Shown in pieces: positions 10,930 to 23,929 of a DNA stretch of 64,000 bases. The translations under genes and the position numbers were made by a program. The notes under the pieces were generated by a model. That model was not told the DNA's origin, searched no databases, and saw only the letters and a list, made by a program, of their open reading frames with translations. Positions within the stretch are counted from its first letter, which is position 1, and each line of letters opens with the position of its first letter. The DNA is taken from positions 31,372,001 to 31,436,000 of the forward strand of contig OX597834.1 of assembly GCA_951406725.2 (NCBI GenBank), read 5' to 3'. Origin of the DNA: Octopus vulgaris (lineage: Eukaryota).

Positions 10930-13340
10930 GAGAAAACGGAAAGGACAATCAAAGAAACGAACTAGAAAGTCTATTCCATCGAGAATTTGATCGCCAGTGC
11001 ATCTGCTGGCAAATTACGGTTCAAATCGCGAAAATACCTTCTCCAGGTTAAAGAACTTGAGAATTTCGAAGTTTATTTGATGAAATTATAAAAATAACTA
11101 AGCTATCGGCATAGTTCTAACCCCTTCCTAAAGTCTTTAACAGTTTTATGAAACGGGGAATAATTTCCAGGATATGTTAAGCGCTTGACCGAGCGTAATT
11201 ATCAGGTCACACATCTTAAGAAAGCTTCGAGTAGATCAATATTCTGGGCAATTGGTGTTCTAGACTGGAGGTGCAAACAGTTTGGACGTACCATGGTGAG
11301 AGGTTGACAAAAGCCTTATTGAGTAATAATAAACCACATTCGACTTTTTGGGTGATTTTACAAATATGGTTCGTCGAACGCAGATCCTTGTTGACAATAA
11401 TGCCTATGTCAAGTTCACCAGCAAACCTCTTAAGTTTGGTGTTGTAGAGAGAGTAGGTAGATTCTAGATTTTTCCTGCCAAAAGGTATAGTGGTGCACAT
11501 GTCTACAAAAAGCCTGAGTAACCAGCCAGCAATCCATTACTACATAGTGTCCAGGTCAGACTGCAGGAAATATTTATAGCGTATGGGCTCCGTTCTTTTT
11601 AACTCAAGATACAGAATAATGTCGTCTGCGCATTTTAATAGAGAAACATGCCTCAAGTTGGCATCTATTTTCTTACTATATGCAACAAATAACAGGGGAC
11701 CAAGAACGGATTCCTGAGGGGTTCTATATGCTATTGTGCAGATCAGAATCTTGTCCTAGAAACATAACTATCGCGTTTCGATCGTGAATGAAGGATTTCA
11801 ACTAGTTATAAAGGTCAGCCCTCACGCCTACAGCACAGAACTTTTCCATAAGTCGTTTGTTTGGCACAGAATTAAAAGCTTTGACGAAGTCGATATAGAT
11901 AACATCCACCGACGAGCTGCCACCTGCGATTCGATGAGTTGATCACAGCAGCTGGAGTTAGGGATAAATCCAAATTGGGAGTGTCGAATAAGGTTATGAG
12001 ATTTTCAACTAGAGTGTTTGGTAGACACAAGGACTTCATCAATTTGGTGATCCAGCTTGTGAGACTGGATGGACAGAAATGGATGGGTGACATGCGATCA
12101 CCCGTTTTGAACAGGGAAATAACACTGGTAATTTTCACTGTTCTGGAGGTAACGTAATTATTAAGACAAAATTGGAAGATCAACAGCCAGTGTTGTAGAA
12201 AAAGACCGCTGCATTCAAGAAGCAAATAAGCGATGCCATCATTACCAGGGAAAGTATAATTGAATATAAACTTAAGCTGGCGGCGCAGCATTGCAGAGGC
12301 AAATACAGCAGACGTTATCGAATTTGATGTCTGCGGCAGTGAATCCCTTACGTATGGGTTTTCAACAGTAAACACGGTAGTATAGCACAGAGTAATAAAT
12401 TATGTCCACTTTTGGGGACCATCAGTAATCTGTCTTGTGCGAAGATTACAGAGGTGTCCAGATGGAAAGTGTGGCTTCTGTTTCAAAGACATATTTCCAG
12501 AACATTTTACTATCCAGACCGGTTGCTACGTGTTATTAAAATTTAAGTATTTCATTGATATGGTTGGGTGCTCTGTTGCCTTGCCCTTTTCTCATTTTCC
12601 TCTGTTGCTATGTAATCTGTATTCACCACGTTCAGCCTTTCGTTGTTCTTTCCTAGCAAGCTGGACTGCTTCAGTCTCCCAAATAGCGCTCTTGTGGCTT
12701 CTAATGCACTTGCGTGGTACTGATGTTTTGCAAGCTGTCCAGAATGAATTGTCGATGAGCTGATGATATTGATATTTCCAGAATCATAAAATTCAAGCCA
12801 GTTTTGGAATTGAACAGTTAAGAGTTCCATTCAGCTTTATTCCAATCAAAATGAAGAGTTCGATAATGGTGACGGCGATGGCTTTTTCCTTTTTTTTTTT
12901 TGCCCATAAGAGACAGATTAGGCAATGATCAACATATGATCGGGGTCATCTAAAAGTTCCTTTGCAGTGACATATACTGTTTCAGGGGCCGTGGTAAATA
13001 GCAAATCCAATGTTGTTACATCTTGGAGAGGAGGCAACTCACTAGGGACCAGTTTGCATCCAGTGAAAGTTTTCCAATCAGTCTCTGGGCGATTAAAATC
13101 GACAGTCATGAAAACATAAATGGCTGTTTCTCTTGATGCAGCTCCTAGAGTGTCAAAAAGGTTGTGTGTCATGATAGTAGTTTGGGGGACGGTAAACAAC
13201 TCCAAGTAGATGTATGCTAGATGTACAGACGTGATAATTATAAATATCGCAGGAAAAATACTTTTTTGCTGCAGTTGATTCAAATTATCACAAGAAATTA
13301 TTGAAAAGCTTGAGCAAATATAAGCCAACTCATTGACTCC
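10930..13340 (-). pseudogene. Heavily decayed CR1-group LINE (APE endonuclease + RT)
   Basis: Minus-strand pieces DFNRPETDW, LDLLFTT..DH (APE); PGNDGI, FKTGDRMSP..PSSLTSWITKLMKS, VDVIYIDFVKAF, LGPLLFVAY, ADDI, DIGIIVNKDL (RT); many frameshifts. Confidence 0.85.
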
Positions 13341-13557
13341 CAACTTTCGTTACCATGTTTCTAAAGAAATTCACTGTTTTTATTTCAATTATTTTTTTTT
13401 AATAATTGAAGAATAATTTTGACATTTTTAAGCTAATGTTTGAAGCATAAATTAACACGAAACTTTGATAGAACTTTTAAAATCAAATCACTTTAAAAAT
13501 TAACTTTATATCATAGAATTGGGGTGGTCTCAAGTAGGTCGGAATGAAAACGATTAA
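13341..13557. mobile_element. Old piggyBac-type MITE (tentative)
   Basis: ~215-bp AT-rich unit with eroded AACTTTCG/GAAAACGATTAA ends, similar in size and end style to 36362-36572. Confidence 0.4.
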
Positions 13558-14270
13558 AGCAGCCTATACGAAACAGGTTGTAGTCAGTCATGTTAAAAAA
13601 CCAGCGAAAAGTAAATAATGTGCTCCAGTTGCCATGACTGTAATAAAATCAGGGTCAATATTTTTAACGTAAGTCAAAATGTGGATCTCGACGCATAAAT
13701 TATGGGAATTTAAACGCAGCCATTCTGTATCTGGATTTAAGCTTATCGTTCATAAGAAATAACATATTGTTCTTTTCTAGTTTCTAATGAATTTTACATA
13801 ACTTCCCGTTGTTGGTTCGATATCTTGAGACCAGCTGGCATCTATTTTCCATGTGTTACCAGACTTGACAAATGTCCATATTTGTTTATTATCGTCTAAG
13901 CTAAATCTAACAAGCTGCGTTGGCTCCCGATTCAATGACGATACAATACTTCGTGTGCACATTCGAGTCGTAAACCAGGATGAGTTCAATAAACGATTCG
14001 ATTTTCACGCCTACCCTTGTCTGGAGATAATCTAACTAGCGAGATATTTAAAATCTAGGCAGGTGGTGGTGGTGGTGGTGGGGGGAAGCAAAAAGAAAAC
14101 GAGGGAGATAAGTCCAGGAAAATCGTTCGACTGAAATTATTTAATATACACAGTATAGATTGAGCGTGAATTTGGTCTTCGAAGCCAACTGTTGAACGTA
14201 ACGGGCATTTTTCAAAACAAGACACACACGCACACACGCACGCGCACACACACACACACACGGTTGTATG

Positions 14271-14938
14271 CAATGGCGGACTGGGTCTAAAAATATTGGT
14301 TTCCAAGTGGGTCTACAATGCTATACTCTTTACTCTCTTTACTCTTTTACTTGTTTCAGTCATTTGACTGCGGCCATGCTGGAGCACCGCCTTTAGTCGA
14401 GCAAATCGACCCCGGGACTCATTCTTTGTAAGCCCAGTATTTATTCTATCGATCTTTTTGGCCGAACCGCTAAGTGACGGGGACGTAAACACACCAGCAT
14501 CGGTTGTCAAGCAATGCTAGGGGGACAAACACAGACACATACACACACACATATATATATACATATATACGACAGGCTTCTTTCAGTTTCCGTCTACCAA
14601 ATCCACTCACAAGGCAGTGGTCGACCCGGGGCTATAGCAGAAGACACTTGCCCAAGATGCCACGCAGTGGGACTGAACCTGGAACCATGTGGTTGGTTAG
14701 CAAGCTACTTACCACACAGCCACTCATTTAATTTTTTTTTTTTGTTAAAAGTATTCTTTTCAACTGTCTACAAACATAGCCAGGCTAAAATAATTAACGC
14801 ATTCTTCCAAGAAGTGAATAAAAAAAATTTCAAACTTGAGGAGATGTGCCCCTTAGATACTAGCACGGGCCCCCGTATATGGATTCTAATGGCGCAGGGG
14901 CCCACTTGCCATCGGGCAAGCTGGCCAGCCCGCCACTG
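14271..14938. mobile_element. Non-autonomous hAT transposon with 8-bp TSD; SINE-A nested inside
   Basis: TIRs CAATGGCGGACTGG / CCAGCCCGCCACTG; identical GTTGTATG at 14263-14270 and 14939-14946. Confidence 0.88.
14325..14725 (-). mobile_element. SINE-A, essentially full length
   Basis: Reverse complement of 62619-63035. Confidence 0.92.
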
Positions 14939-15131
14939 GTTGTATGTATGTAAAAACTTAGAGGATAATTGTAATCCACGCTAGCACTTCATCGACGCTT
15001 CATGTAGGAAGTTGACAAGCGTAGTATTCTGATAAACGAAGAAACATCGGTTAAACTCCTCTTGATTACAAAAGGAAACACTTCGCAAATTGAATGCATA
15101 ATCCAATCGGCGTAATATATGCCTCAGGGTG

Positions 15132-15196
<65 letters not shown>

Positions 15197-15199
<3 letters not shown>

Positions 15200-15472
15200 T
15201 TAAATGAGTAACAGAGAAATTTGAATCTATGTTACGATCGTTTCCGTAAACGCTGCTTATTCCACGTCACATATAAAGTTACGCATTACATACAATATAC
15301 GCTACATATGCAACACAATAAAATTATTACTGTTCAGTCACATCTTCAGGTATCATATGTTACATATATTGGATGTATTGCATAACTTTATATTTGATAT
15401 GGAATAAACATCGTTCGTTCACGGAAACGGTCGTAACATCAATTCAAATTTCTCTTTTCTTCATTTAAATTA
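15197..15472. mobile_element. Foldback/MITE with ~115-bp imperfect inverted arms, adjacent to (AAT)n
   Basis: AATTTAAATGAG..GAGAAATTTGAAT..ATGTTACGATCGTTTCCGT pairs with ACGGAAACGGTCGTAACAT..ATTCAAATTTCTC..TCATTTAAATT; pairing continues inward to CATATG. Confidence 0.8.
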
Positions 15473-15499
15473 TGTATGCATGCATGCATGCATATCTTT

Positions 15500-16293
15500 T
15501 GTTAATCATTTTCGAAATTTGAATACATTTTCCTCCTTCTCAGATATATAACGATAGAGAGCCAAGTAGAAAAAAAAAAGCATATTCAACACCTGCTTCT
15601 TTTCGCGTTCAATCAAGGTTCCAAAGCAGTGAAGACTGCTCAAGACATTTGTACTATATATGGAGAAAGAATTGTTACTGAAAGCACTGCACAGGAAATG
15701 GTTTCTACACTTCAAGGCGAGGAAATTTGACCTCACCGACTCCCTGCATTCTGGCTGGCCTGTTCAGGTCAACTAAAGTCAATTGAATGACCTCAAGGAT
15801 CCATGCCAGTCCACTTGGGGATTGGTCCAGCAGACAAAATGTTCTCGCAATACTGTCGTCAGTCAGTCTGAACGAAAGAAACAAGTGCAACATGCCTCGA
15901 CCACTGCTTCTTCAACACAACAGCACTCGCCCTCGTGTCGCTAATTTGACCAAAAATGCTATTCAAGAGATCGATTGGGAAGTTCTACCACACCTAACGT
16001 ATTCTCATGATATAGGACCTTCAGATTTTGACATTTTTAGTCGGCCTCCAACAGCCTTCAAGGAGTGTTGTTCAACAACGATGTAAAGCTGAAAACGTGT
16101 CTTGATGAATCTCTGTCTCTCAAAAATCCGGCGATTTCTACCGTCAATGTATTAACAAGGTTGTGGGGGTAAAAAAGGGAAGAAGTCGTGAACAATGACG
16201 AAGGATATACTATTGACTGATTTGTAAAATTAATGATGAAAAATAAGAGTTAATATAAATGGAAAAGGATGTGCGAACTCATCAGATAGTTCT
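15500..16293 (+). pseudogene. Internally deleted mariner (DD34D) transposase relic
   Basis: N-terminal HIQHLLLFAFNQG..AQDICTIYG..KWFLHFKARKFDLTD; C-terminal LLQHNSTRPR..IDWEVLPHLTYSHDIGPSDF (34 spacing)..FYRQCI. Confidence 0.88.
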
Positions 16294-16639
16294 ATATATA
16301 CCAACTCATCACAATACCACACAAATGCTATATATTATGCAGTTAATCAAGTGACTGTCTTTAGTCGAGCAGTGGTTGATGAGGTGAACAGTCAACGAAA
16401 CAGATGTCCTGAGATAACTTGTGGCAAATATTACATATTTTATTTATGGGTGGTATGTTTGGGGTCTTTTTATTTTATTTTATTTATTTATTTATTTATA
16501 CATTTTGTTTTTTGCTTCGTTCGCATGGACATAAAGTCATAGCACCGTTTCCTTCTTTAGCCATTGAATATTCTTGGTGATGAAATATCTTGCTGAGACG
16601 AACTAAAATTATTTTGCCTACACTATCTTTATACCTACT

Positions 16640-16868
<229 letters not shown>

Positions 16869-16889
16869 TTATAGAGAGATCTTCAAATG

Positions 16890-18200
16890 TTTCACAGTCC
16901 ACTTAATGGAATCACAAGCAAAGAGTGGCTTTAATGATTAGTTCACATACAAGATCTCCCCTCCACCTCATACTTGAAAAGAGTTAGATAATGTTAATCT
17001 GGTTTAATCCTCCATTCAATTTACATGTCCCCACTAATATAGCTAGGAGCTTCTTGATTTTAATTAATGAGATTTCCCTAAAACCCATACATATCATAAA
17101 CTCTTTAATTCCCATTATGATATAGTTAGCTACACATGCTTAGATAATATCACTTCCGGCATTGCATGCCACAACAGACACAACATGCACCCACACAGTC
17201 TTTATTGAATAACTCCAAACTGTAACTGTTGAAATTCTACAAATTGCCCATTGGAATGATCCTGCCAATCAAAGGCTGTAGACTACAGAGCCATCTTTAG
17301 ACAATCCAGTGACACACTACATTGGCATTACAGCCAGTAACTTTTACAAAAGATACATATAACACATGCACTCGTTCAAGTGTGGGGACAGGGGAAATTC
17401 CATCGCCATCTCCCACTTCAGGTAGAAACATTGAGACCATTGGAATGACATCTATAACATCACATAGAGCATCCTTTACATGACTCCATTTTACTTACTT
17501 GGAGCTCATTAGCTCCAGCTCCATATCCATTAGAAACTGCATATACTCGACAAGATTGCAGTAGCCATCAATAAGAAAAACTACTTACCTTATTGTTACC
17601 ACTAGAGGTATACCCTGTTCATGAACTTCAAACAGTTGGCCACTGGTAACTCAGAACTGCAAACTGAGGTCTTGTTGACTTATGCACAGTGGCAGGGAAT
17701 ATGGTTCCTGCTGTCCATAGATGTTACTGCTTAGTAATTTAACTCAAGCCAGCTATGCAAACTCATATGTAAATTGACTCGTTATGTAAATTGACATAAT
17801 CAAAATTGTTATCTTTCCAAGCAGTAACTGTTGTTGTTGAAATACTACACCCTGCAGAATGTCTACCCACTGATGTCAATATCTTGTCTGCTCTACCACG
17901 TGGAGTAATAAATGTTAAGAGCTGACATCACTGAAATAGCACACCCTGCAGAATGCTGACAAAGTGATACCAACATCCTGTGTGTTCCCACCATGTGAAT
18001 CTAACAATAAAATAACTAATGTTGCCAAGGCAGCAAAAAACAGCCATGTGATCTTAACTGACTGATGAAGGTCTAAATGTGCTTTCCTACATGCAGTTTT
18101 AAATTCTTTCTTAAGTAATCTCCAGTTGAACATCTGATGATGTGGACATGTCCTATGCCCATGAAACTTCAGGCAATGAGATGTTTTGAAATGATAATAA
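16890..18200 (+). pseudogene. Decayed Penelope-like retroelement 3' half (RT thumb/linker, GIY-YIG endonuclease, 3' UTR with hammerhead-like motif)
   Basis: IWFNPPFNLHVPTNIARSFL (16997); FPKTHTYHKLFN..VSYTCLDNI..HN; CNC*NSTNCPL (17221); VDYRA; YIGITASNFYKRYI*HMHSF (17318); YNIT*SIL; NKK..CYH. Confidence 0.88.
18129..18185 (+). ncRNA. Degenerate type I hammerhead-like motif in the PLE 3' UTR
   Basis: AACAU-CUGAUGA-U-GUGGACAU-GUCCU-AUGCCCAU-GAAAC...AUGUU; both core boxes and stems I/II are recognisable, stem III and cleavage triplet are eroded. Confidence 0.6.
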
Positions 18201-18385
18201 ATACATGTAACACCAAGTGTGCTTGGTACTACTTTCTTTTGTTTGTTCAGTCACTTCTGTTTTCTCTTTTGATAAGTTCCAACGTATGAAGCTCTCAAAC
18301 CTTGAGTCACTCTCTTACTTCTGCTAAATATTGATATATTAATATATATATTTATATATATATAGACATACACGCATGAATATGT

Positions 18386-18443
<58 letters not shown>

Positions 18444-19195
18444 GCAAATGTGTCTGAATGTGTACATATACATGTATAAATACATATAAATATACATATA
18501 TTACATATGTAATACATATACATATATGTATATAAATATGTATATATAAATTTATATAAATAAATATGTATATATATAATTGTATGTAGTTGTATATCTA
18601 TACATATATTTACATTAGTATATATGCGTGTCTATGTGTGTTTATGTGTGTGTATACATAAATATATATATACATATGCAAACAAAAGCACACATCAAAA
18701 TAAACTGATATCTATATAAATTCATACACAGAAACACACCCTCTCTCTACATATATTTATCTATCTATATATCTATCTATCTATCTCACCCCCTCTCTCT
18801 CTCTATCATACCTACACACACACACACACACACACACACAAAGTGTACATCCATATTTATATAAGAAAAAGCAGAAAGAAAGATTGAAATAACAACAGTA
18901 GAGGAATTAGAAGATGGCATTATAGGAGTAGCAGAGAGGGGGAAAGGGAAGCGGGGTGGCGGGAAGGGGTGGTGTGTAAGAAGGGGATGGGGGATGAAGC
19001 GCGGGGGGGGGGGAAGAATGCAGAGTGGAGGGAGGGGGGAAAGTAGCTGCCGCCGTCGGTGGTGGTGCAGACTGTAAGTGATGGCAGAAGGGACAGAAAT
19101 ATATATAAATAGTAGAAAAAAAAAAGGAAAAAGGTCTTTGAATGGACAATATTGCTATGGAATGATGGCTAGAATAGACAAGATAGAATCGCACA

Positions 19196-19233
<38 letters not shown>

Positions 19234-19577
19234 TACACACATGCACACACGCATATATGCGCACACTCGCATCGCACTTGTACATATAGATATGTTCGCA
19301 TGCCCATAACACGCTTACGTAGAGGCAGATCCACATATATGCGCACTCATATATAGCAGATGGATGTATGCACATAAACACACGTTTTAGAGTCTTGGAG
19401 ATTCTGAGTGTTTGAAAGGTTTTGGTGGATTAATACATAGATTCATAGGCAGACAGATGAAAAGAGATCATCAGATACAATACATACATACATATATATA
19501 TGTATATATATATATATATATACACATGTATATATATATATACTTATATATATATGCATATATGTATATATATATAT

Positions 19578-19616
<39 letters not shown>

Positions 19617-19799
19617 TGGATAGATAAATTGATAGATAGATAGATAGATAGATATAGATATGTATGTATATATATATTTTGTTTTTTATCTGTTACTTGT
19701 TTCCCAGCGGCCATGCTGGGGCACCACCTTCAACAATTTATTTAGTTGATTGAATCAACCCCATATACATACATACATGCATACACACACACACATATA

Positions 19800-19840
<41 letters not shown>

Positions 19841-19842
19841 AT

Positions 19843-19910
<68 letters not shown>

Positions 19911-20145
19911 GTGTGTGTGTGTGTATATATATATATATGTATATCTGTGTGTGTATCCACATATATATATGTCTATATATGTATGTATATATGTATATAT
20001 GTATGTATACATATATATATACATATGTATGTACATATCTATGTAGCTATGTATGTGTAAGTATAGAGGTTGATGAACCTGAAAAGATTGTCAGATATGA
20101 TATATTAGTATATATATATATTGATAGATAGGCTGGAAGACAGAC

Positions 20146-20179
<34 letters not shown>

Positions 20180-20599
20180 AGAGAGAGAGATAAATACAAA
20201 CAGAAACAAATTTTGTTAGTTTATACAGATCTACACACACACATACACACACATTGAGAAATAGAGACAAAGCGGTGTGTGTATGTGCATGTATGTGTGT
20301 GTATGTGTGTATGTGCCTGTGTGTGTGTGCATCCTTGATATGATGATGAAGGAAAGACAGAAGTCATACAAGTGAAAGGAAATGAAATAAAGAAAGAAGA
20401 AAGAAAAGAAAATTGAGAGAAAATAGAAGAAAAATTGGAGTGGAATGGAAAGAGATTGATGAATGGGAGGGAGTAGAGAGGAAGAAGGGACTTTTGATGG
20501 ATTTGAGGGTTGGAGAAAGTGTAAAGGTTAAAGGGGACACACTCATACATGGATAGTTACCAATTATTTTCACACACACACGCACACTCATACACACGT

Positions 20600-20765
20600 A
20601 CACACACCTGTGATTGTCCCCCCAACAACTGCTTGACAACATGTGTTGGTTTGTTTATGACCCCGTAAATTAACGGTTTAGCAAAAGAGACTGATTCGGC
20701 TAACTAAAAGCTCTTTAAGGTGTTGCTCCAGTTCGGCCACAGTCTAATGACTGAAACAAGTAAAT
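20600..20765 (+). mobile_element. SINE-A 3' fragment (old)
   Basis: GCTTGACAAC..GCAAAAGAGAC..GTCTAATGACTGAAACAAGTAAA. Confidence 0.75.
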
Positions 20766-20791
20766 ATTATACATATCTATCCATCCATCCT

Positions 20792-20827
<36 letters not shown>

Positions 20828-20980
20828 CCTATCTACCTACCTACCTACCTACCTGTCTATCTATCTATCTATCTATCTACCTATCTACCTATCTATCTAT
20901 CTATCTACCTATCTACCTATCTATCTATCTATCTATCTATCAATCTATCTATCTATCCATCCATCCATCCTTTTATCTAT

Positions 20981-21057
<77 letters not shown>

Positions 21058-21065
21058 AACACACA

Positions 21066-21114
<49 letters not shown>

Positions 21115-21400
21115 ATGTATATATGTGATGGACTCTCTTTTTGAAGACAATGTATGAGAGCTTAGCTTTTTTGCCGAACGACCTGCACAAATGATTTGTT
21201 TATAATGATCAAATGTTCGTGTCAGACATTAACTCATTTCCTCTATCAGATCGATGTTGCCTGAAGAGTTGCACAGTGTACCATGCATCAAGTATCGATG
21301 AAGTGTCCTTCTATGCAAGGACACAAGGAGAAGTAAAAAACGAATTATCTGCCCTTCCGCCAAAACTTGCTTTAGGCTGGTTGCACTGCCTTCACCCTTT

Positions 21401-21680
21401 ATCATCATCATCATTTAACATCCGCTTTCCATGCTAGCATGGGTTGAATGGTTTGACTGGGGTCTGGGAAGCCAGATTGCTGCACCAGGCTCCAGTCTGA
21501 TCTGGCAGTGTTTCTACAGCTGGATGCCCTTCCTAACGTCAACCACTCTGTGAGTGTAGTGGGTGCTTTTTACGTGCCAGGCGAGGCTGGCAATGGCCAC
21601 GATTGGTTGATGCTTTTTACACGCCACTGGCACGGAGGCCAATCGAAGCGGCGCTGGCAACAGCCAGGTGGTGCTGGCAC
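21401..21680 (-). mobile_element. SINE-B
   Basis: (CAT)n, GCTAGCATGGGTTG, GGATGCCCTTCCTAACG, two repeat units. Confidence 0.85.
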
Positions 21681-22054
21681 GCTGAGGTTTGACCACGATT
21701 GCTTCAGTTTTCTTTCTTGTGTTACAGAGTAAACATGGCCTCTCCACTGGCAGTGTGCACTAAGAAAGATCAGAGATCAGTGATATGATTTATCTGGCTT
21801 GAAGGTGTTTCAGGGGCTGAAATTCATTGTAGGCTTTCATTACAACACAGGAACAATGCTCTACTGTGTAGAAGGGTGTATGAGTGAACTGAGAAGTTTA
21901 ATAATGGTCAGAGAAGCACAAAGCATGAAGAAGGAGCAGGGTGTCCATCCACCTCTACCATTGACATGAAGATTCAAGAAGCTCAAGAGATGACTCTGAC
22001 CAATGGAAGAGTGACCATTGATGAGGTGGCTTGTTCCCTGCAAATAGTCGTACA

Positions 22055-22333
22055 TATTCTTTCATTCTTTTACTTGTTTCAGTCATTTGACTTTGGCCAT
22101 GCTGGAGCACCACCTTGAAGGGTTTTTAGTCAAACAAATCGACCCCAGGACATATTTCTTAAGCCTAATATTTATTCTGCCAATGTCTTTTGCTGAACCA
22201 CCAAGTTACGGGGATACAAACACACCAATACCTGTTGTCAGACAGTTAAGGGTAGACAAACACACAAACACACACACAAACACACATACACACACACACA
22301 CACACACGTGCGCGCACATACACACTTATATAG

Positions 22334-22372
<39 letters not shown>

Positions 22373-22530
22373 GGGCTTCTTTCAGTTTCCATCTAACGAA
22401 TCCACTCACAAAGCTTTGGTTGGCCCAAGATTATAGCAGAAGACACTTACCCAAGGAGCCATGCAGTGGGACTGAACCCAGAACCATGCCGTTAAGAAGC
22501 AAGCTTCTTATCACACAACCACACCTGCAC
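22055..22530 (-). mobile_element. SINE-A, full length, diverged
   Basis: Tail, internal (CA)n(TA)n and tRNA-like head all align to other copies. Confidence 0.88.
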
Positions 22531-23217
22531 CCATGACCCGTGTGAAGACCTGCTGAGGCAAGTGAAAATCAAACCAAATCAAATCAAAATAGATGAATAT
22601 CAATGGAATTTGTATCTTTGTGGTTCCAGTACCGGTGGCACACAAGAAAACCATCCGAACGTGGCCGTAGCTGGTACCGCATCGACTGGCCTCCGTGCTG
22701 TGGGCACAACAAACACCATCTGATCGTGGCCGTTCGCCAGCCTCACCTGGCACCTGTGTCGGTGGCACATAAAAACACCATCCAAAGACCCGGCGACGTA
22801 GTCAGTCCACCTGTGCATACCTTCCCTCTTATGACACTTGTGAAGACCTGTTGAGGCAGAGGCAAGTGTGTGACACTTTGTGAAGACCTGTTGAGGCAGA
22901 GGCAAGTGTGTGACACTTGTGGAGACCTGTTGAGGCAAGTGTGTGACACGCGTGACACTTGTGAAGACCTGTTGAGGCAAGTGAAAATCAAACCAAATCA
23001 AAATAGATGAACATCAATGGAATTTGTATCTTTGTGGTTCCAGTACCGGTGGCACACAAGAAAACCATCCGATCGTGGCCGTTCGCCAGCCACATCTGGC
23101 ACCTGTGTCGGTGGCACATAAAGACACCATCCGAAGACCCGGCGACGTAGACAGTCCACCTGTGCATACCTTCCTTCTTGTGACACTTGTGAAGACCTGT
23201 TGAGGCAAGTGAAAATC

Positions 23218-23248
<31 letters not shown>

Positions 23249-23836
23249 AATCAAATCAAAACAAATCAAAATAGATGAACATAAATGGAATTTGTATCTT
23301 TGTGGTACCAGTGCCGGTGGCACACAAGAAAATCATCCGAACGTGGCCGTAGCCAGTACCGCATAGACTGGCCTCCGTGCTTTGGGGACGTAACAAACAC
23401 CATCCGATCGTGGCCGTCCGCCAGCCTCATCTGGCACCTGTGTCGGTGGCACATAAAAACACCATCCGAGCGTGGCCGTCTGCCAGCCTCGTCTGGCACC
23501 TGCCAGCCTCATCTGGCACCTGTGTCGGTGGCACATAAAAACACCATCCGAGCGTGGCCGTCTGCCAGCCTCGTCTGGCACCTGTGTCGGTGGCACATAA
23601 AAACACCATCCGAGCGTGGCCGTTCGCCAGCCTCGTCTGGCACCTGTGTCGGTGGCACATAAAATCACCCACTACACTCTCGGAGTGGTTGGCGTTAGGA
23701 AGGGCATCCAGCTGTAGAAACACTGCCAGATCTGACTGGCCTGGTGCAGCCTTCGGGCTCCCCAGACCCCAGTTGAACCGTCCAACCCATGCTAGCATGG
23801 AAAACGGACGCTAAATGATGATGATGATGATGATGA

Positions 23837-23840
<4 letters not shown>
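22531..23840 (+). mobile_element. Longest SINE-B copy (~1.3 kb) with higher-order internal tandem array
   Basis: Three copies of a GTGAAGACCTGTTGAGGCAAGTGAAAATCAAA..ATGGAATTTGTATCTTTGTGG module (~22541, ~22961, ~23189), a ~30-40-bp subarray at 22832-22980, 62-bp units (23521, 23583, 23645), standard (GAT)n tail. Confidence 0.88.
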
Positions 23841-23874
<34 letters not shown>

Positions 23875-23929
23875 TTTTTATTTTTTTATTGTTTCAATGG
23901 TTTCAGTGGCCATGCTGCAGCTTTATTTA

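Noticed and set aside
17221-17260. In-frame TGA codons near cysteines as selenocysteine (reported for some Naiad PLEs)
   Set aside because: The TGAs fall at non-Cys positions explainable as CGA/GGA decay, and the copy also has TAA/TAG stops and frameshifts
21261-21300. CTGAAGA as another hammerhead core (also 18062, 56561)
   Set aside because: No stem II followed by GAAA and no closing stem I
22531-23700. CRISPR-like repeat/spacer appearance
   Set aside because: Intervening segments are themselves repeated, the array is part of a dispersed retroposon, the context is eukaryotic and there are no cas genes
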